A stretch of 64,000 bases of DNA from an uncultured Chloroflexia bacterium (GTDB taxonomy: Bacteria; Chloroflexota; Anaerolineae; JAAYZQ01), in assembly GCA_963749455.1 (NCBI GenBank), contig CAVVMX010000006.1, forward strand, positions 27,060-91,059, in the 5' to 3' direction. Position 1 is the stretch's first letter. The number at the start of each line of letters is the position of its first letter. This document shows, in pieces, positions 59,941 through 64,000 of this stretch. The notes beneath the pieces were generated by a model. The model saw only the letters and a list, made by a program, of their open reading frames with translations. It did not search any database and had not been told where the DNA came from. The position numbers were made by a program, and so were the translations under genes.

Positions 59941-59972
59941 TGCCGTGCCGGGGGGAATCCCCCCGGCACGGC
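59941..59972. terminator. 14-bp perfect GC stem-loop (GCCGTGCCGGGGGG-AATC-CCCCCCGGCACGGC)
   Basis: It lies between the end of the 60050..63850 minus-strand gene and the start of the 57979..59880 gene. There is no clear T-tract on either strand. Confidence 0.4.
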
Positions 59973-60049
59973 ACACATCAACTGGCCAAAACCGTTACTT
60001 GACAGAGCTTATCTTTAGTAGCGGAATCGCCCTGTTCATCCGATCTCCT

Positions 60050-63000
60050 TTACGGCGCCCGGTATACCAGCGGCAGGTAGATCGTGTAGATGGGCGGCGC
60101 CGTGATCACGATGGTATGCGTGTCGGTCACCAGCGCGCTCGTGCAGTTGGTCGCCGTCACCACCAGGGTGTAGGTGCCCACGCCCAGCGTCCGCTCCGAG
60201 TCTGCCGTCGTGTCGCCGTTGTCCCACAGGTAGACGATCGGCAGCGTAGCGCTCGGCCGGTTCGTAGCTCGTCGTAAAGCTGTATATTCCCGGTATGCCG
60301 GTGATCGCCCCGGCAATGGTGATTCCGGTCAGGTCCGTGCAGGGCACGACCGCGGTGGTCGTCAGCACGCTGGTGGCCGTCGTGGTAGGGGCAATCTGGG
60401 AGGCCAGGGTAATCGTGGCCTCATCCCAGTCGCCGCCGTTCGCCCCGGCGGGAATGTCTACCGCGACGTCCAGGGCAGCGCCCTCATTCGGGTCCAGCGG
60501 CCCCACCTCAGCCGGCACGTTGGTCGGCCAGGCGTTCCCGCTCACCGTGACGGTAAAGGTATCGCCGCAGGTGCCGGTGTTGGTGACCAACAGGGTATAG
60601 GTGACCGTCGTGCCCGGCGCGCCCGACTGGGCCGCCGTGGGCGGGAGGAGCTCCAGCCCGGCGTCGCACTGGATCGTTGCCGCATAGTCTTCCACCTCGC
60701 CGCCGGTCGCGCCGCCCCAGGAACCGGCGTCCCGCAGGGGACTGCTGGCGCTGTCGTACAGCCGCGCCCGGTAGTGCACCGGCAAGACCGCATCGCCCGG
60801 CACGCTCACGGTGATGTCATTGTCGCCGTCGTTCACCGCGGCGTTGTACACCTGTTCGCCCTCGGCCTGGTCGCCAAAGATGCCGTCGCCGTTCCAGTCG
60901 AACCATAGCCGCAGCCAGCGTCCGTTGGTCGGGGTGCCCTGCACGTTCACCCGGACGGTGTTGGGCTGTCCGAGCGCCAGGCCGTAGGGGAAGGTGACGC
61001 CGTCGTCGCTGGCATCGTCGTAGCCAGGAGGGGCAAAGGCGTCGTCGAGCGTCCAGGTGGTCCCCAGGCGCAGCGTGCCGTCGCCGGTGTGCCAGGCGAC
61101 GCCGTAGCTGTGCGCCAGGTCGCTATAGTCCCCGGTCACGCCGCCGCCGGCGCCGCAGACGACCAGGCTCCAGGCGTTCAGCGTGCCGGTGTCGCTGCCG
61201 GCGTCGTCATAGATGCGCAGCGTCCAGGTGCCGTTGGCCGTTTTCCCGTCGAGCGTCGCCAGGCTCCCCTCGGGCCGGAAGCTGCCGGTAAAGGGCGCGC
61301 TGCCGTCGGCGATCGAAGTGGCCGCTTCGTCGTCGAGGCGGGTGTTGGTAAAGTTTTCGCCCGTGCCGCCGTTGTCGGTGGAGAGCTCGACTTCCGTGGC
61401 ATCGGGGTGGTGGATATAGATGTCCAGGTCGCCGTCGTAGGTGTGGACGATCGAGTTGAGGATCACGTCCACATCGATGACGTCAAAGACGTCGGGAACG
61501 TTGATCACACTGGTCGTCCAGGTATAGTCGCTGATCGGCTTGGGCACGTCGGTGCTGACATAGGTCACGCAGCTGCTGGCCGCGGTGCGGAAGGCCCCGA
61601 CGACCGAGACCGCGTCCCCGCAGGCGTTGACCGCCCGCACGCGCCAGTAGTGGACGGTGTCCATCGCCAGCGTGCCGGCCGGGGTATAGGTCGAGGCGGT
61701 CAGGCCGGTGGCCGAGTCCACGATGGTGATAAAGTCGGGATCGGTCGAGACCTCGATTTCATAGGTCGTCACATTGGTCACGTCGCTCCAGTCGTAGGTG
61801 GGCCGGGTGGACACGTCCATGGCGCCGTCGGCCGGCAGGAGGAGCGTCGCGACATCGGGCGCGGCCGTGAACAGGTTGAGCACGACCGTTTCCTGGTGCC
61901 CGGGAGAGCCTGCCGCCGCGCCGATGACGTCGATGTTGTAAGAGCCTGGGGCGGCGGCGCCGGTGTTGCCGATCGTCAAGGTGCTTTCGCCGGGCGGCAT
62001 GAGCGGGTTGGGGACGAACGACGCGGTCGTGCCGGCCGGCTGGCCGGTCGAGGTCAGCGTCACGGTGTTGCTGAACCCGCTGATTGCTCCCAGGCTCACC
62101 GTATAGACGGCATCGCTCGGGGCGCAGACATTCAGAACATCCGGCGAAGCGTTCAGGGTAAAGTCGGGCGTGCCGCACTCGTCGAACTTGAAGGCGGCGA
62201 TGCGCGTCTGCCCGCTGCCGCCGTACTCGGTGGTGTACCAGAAGGTGCAGCCGTCGGCCGGGTCCACGCCGATGCCGGAATAGTCGCCCCAGCGCTCGTT
62301 GTTCGTCTTGGAGGTGGTGGCGTCCCAGATCATGTTATCGTAGTAGGGCATCGTGCCCAGCGGGTCAGAGGCCCGGCGGCCCGAGTAGTAGATGGAGGGG
62401 TAGTAGGGCGCGTTGGCCCCGGTGCGGGTGTAGCCCACGGCGATGTTGCCGGCGCTGTCCATGGCCGCGCTGCACACGCTGCGGTGGATGTCGCCCACAC
62501 CGTCGCCCAGGACACCTTCCTGGTAGTTGACCCAGTTGCCGGAGCCGGGGGGCGTGCGGCGGAGCTCGAACCAGTGCACGGCGGCGCGGTCCAGTCCGTC
62601 CACGTCCTCGGCAAAGCAGCCCACCAGCGTCTCGTGCGTGCCAAAGTTGCGGTACTGCAGCGGGTAGTGGACCGGCTCGCGGATCGGGTCGAGCTTCTGC
62701 GACGTGCCCGGCTGGGACATGCAGCTCCAGTCGCTGCCCGTGCCGCACAGCGTCTGGTCCCAGTCGGTGAGCTGGACGCCGGGGAGCGACGTCAGGGACG
62801 AGTTCGCCGGCGTCGTCCAGTCCACGTGCAGCGACCACATCTCCATCAGGTCGCAGTTCGTGCAGGTGCCGCCGTGGATCTCGGTGTCGCGCGGGCGCAG
62901 GTAGTAGGCGGGAGCGCCGGCCGGCGGCGCCTGCGCCTTCCAGGGTGGCCGGCACCGTCAGCTGGAAGCCGAATCCGGGCAGCTCGCCGATGTTGAAGGT

Positions 63001-63850
63001 CTGCATGGTGGCCGGCTGGCCGTTCAGCATGTCGGCCCGCTCCAGGACGATGACCGTCCCGCCGTTGTTGGCCGCCGATATAGTAGCCGTCGGGCCACAC
63101 GGCGTACTTGGGATAGTCCTGCATGCTGCCCCGCGGGTCAAAGGCATAGGCCCACCACTGGCCGGTGGGGTCCGGCGTCTGTGGAGACGTAGACGCACAG
63201 CGTGGTGGCGCTGCTGTCGAACTCGGTGATCATCCAGCGGTCGGCCAGCTCGTCGTACTGGATGATCGGGTCGCAGTAGCCGCTGTTGCACGGCGAGGTG
63301 GTGGCCAGGTCTTCCATGTCGAACTGGTCAAGCTGGGCGCCGGCCTTGTCATAGATCGTGACGCGCGAGCCGTTGGGGCCGTTGTCGCCCTGGAGGAAAT
63401 GGTTCGAGTCCCACGTCGCCGGTGTCGTCCGGTGGCGAGGAATTGTCCTGGATACCGGCAAAGTTGAGGATCGGCGTCGCAAAGCCGTCGGGGACCGGCG
63501 CCGGGGCGTTCTGCTGCAGCTCCGCCAGCGGGTTGCCGTGGGGCGGCATCTGGATGTCGGGGCCGACAAAACCGCGGTCGTCGCGCTGCGCCGGCTCACG
63601 GTCCAGGGTCGGCAGGTCGGGCTCGTCCGGCAGGTCCCGCACCGCTACGCTGAGGGTGGGGGTGTAGGGCCCGCTGACGGTGACGGTATAGGGCAGGGTC
63701 TCGCTGCTCCCCAGGCGGGCCGGCGCTGCCACCGGCGACGCGCGCCGCGGCGCTGCCTCCTACCGGTTGGTCCGAGAGCGTCCACACGAAGCCCAGCCCG
63801 ACAAGCACGAGGGCCAGGGTGCCGCTAAGTACTTTCCATGCTGATTTCAT
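60050..63850 (-). pseudogene. large secreted multidomain protein (beta-propeller-like, FN3/Ig-like, proprotein-convertase P-domain, GEVED domain), broken by at least 4 frameshifts
   Basis: A signal peptide MKSAWKVLSGTLALVLVGLGF lies at 63850. Successive segments fall in the frames of ORFs 63349-63732, 63138-63599, 62365-63291, 62846-63124, 60036-62846 and 60050-60316. The P-domain signature is …DGDLDIYIHHPDATEVEL…NGTWTLRIYDDAG…; the GEVED signature is …GGATGGEVEDYAATI…. Confidence 0.55.
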
Positions 63851-64000
63851 ATGGTCTCCTTGTCGAGATTCTTGCGTTCTGCCCGGGAAAGCACCATTCT
63901 ACCACATCTGCGCAGGGCTGCAAGTTGGGGACCGGTGGGAGGATCTCACTTCGCTGTTCACTCTTCTGTGGTCTGCCCTGCATTTTTGCCAATACACCGG

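Overview
This is a high-GC (about 65-68%) bacterial chromosomal segment. The gene content suggests a Chloroflexota-like organism: a MalT-type LuxR regulator, an archaeal-type HMG-CoA synthase/thiolase/DUF35 module, abundant TPR and GT-C membrane proteins, sigma70 promoters with TTGnnn-17-TATAAT spacing, and predicted leaderless transcripts. That lineage call is inference only.

The window breaks into five parts:
- 1-11.5 kb: housekeeping and envelope genes. These are an alpha/beta-hydrolase tail, a GT4-polyprenyl-phosphate sugar-phosphotransferase fusion, recF, a poly-ferredoxin membrane protein, tpiA, a GT2, rfbD, a membrane-anchored TPR/TolB-like beta-propeller protein and an orphan ABC ATPase.
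- 11.8-14.5 kb: an archaeal-type mevalonate entry module (HMG-CoA synthase, thiolase, DUF35 scaffold).
- 14.5-16.4 kb: a low-GC (about 50%), decayed accessory islet. It carries a truncated DUF4258 toxin with a zinc-ribbon antitoxin, an antitoxin plus a RelE/ParE-like toxin pseudogene, and a methyltransferase gene fragment. It is flanked by a 34-bp perfect palindrome and contains 26-bp imperfect direct repeats.
- 16.4-20.3 kb: a MalT-like STAND/LuxR regulator followed by a cluster of very small Cys-motif and membrane proteins built from a duplicated 117-bp junction.
- 20.4-64 kb: a roughly 43-kb cell-envelope glycan locus. It encodes a MurJ/MOP flippase, an O-antigen-ligase/Wzy-like protein, Wzz, several GT4/GT2/WecG transferases, a WbpB/WbpE/WbpD-like 3-amino-sugar triad, a heptose module (HddA-like kinase and a GmhA-GmhB fusion), two alkaline-phosphatase-superfamily paralogues, three GT-C-like membrane proteins, a secreted triple beta-helix protein, a more than 3,000-aa membrane-anchored TPR protein with a 918/919-bp tandem triplication, and a large secreted P-domain/GEVED protein.

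At least ten genes are interrupted by single-base frameshifts, so either the assembly is indel-prone or there is real gene decay. No CRISPR array or rRNA/tRNA gene was recognised.
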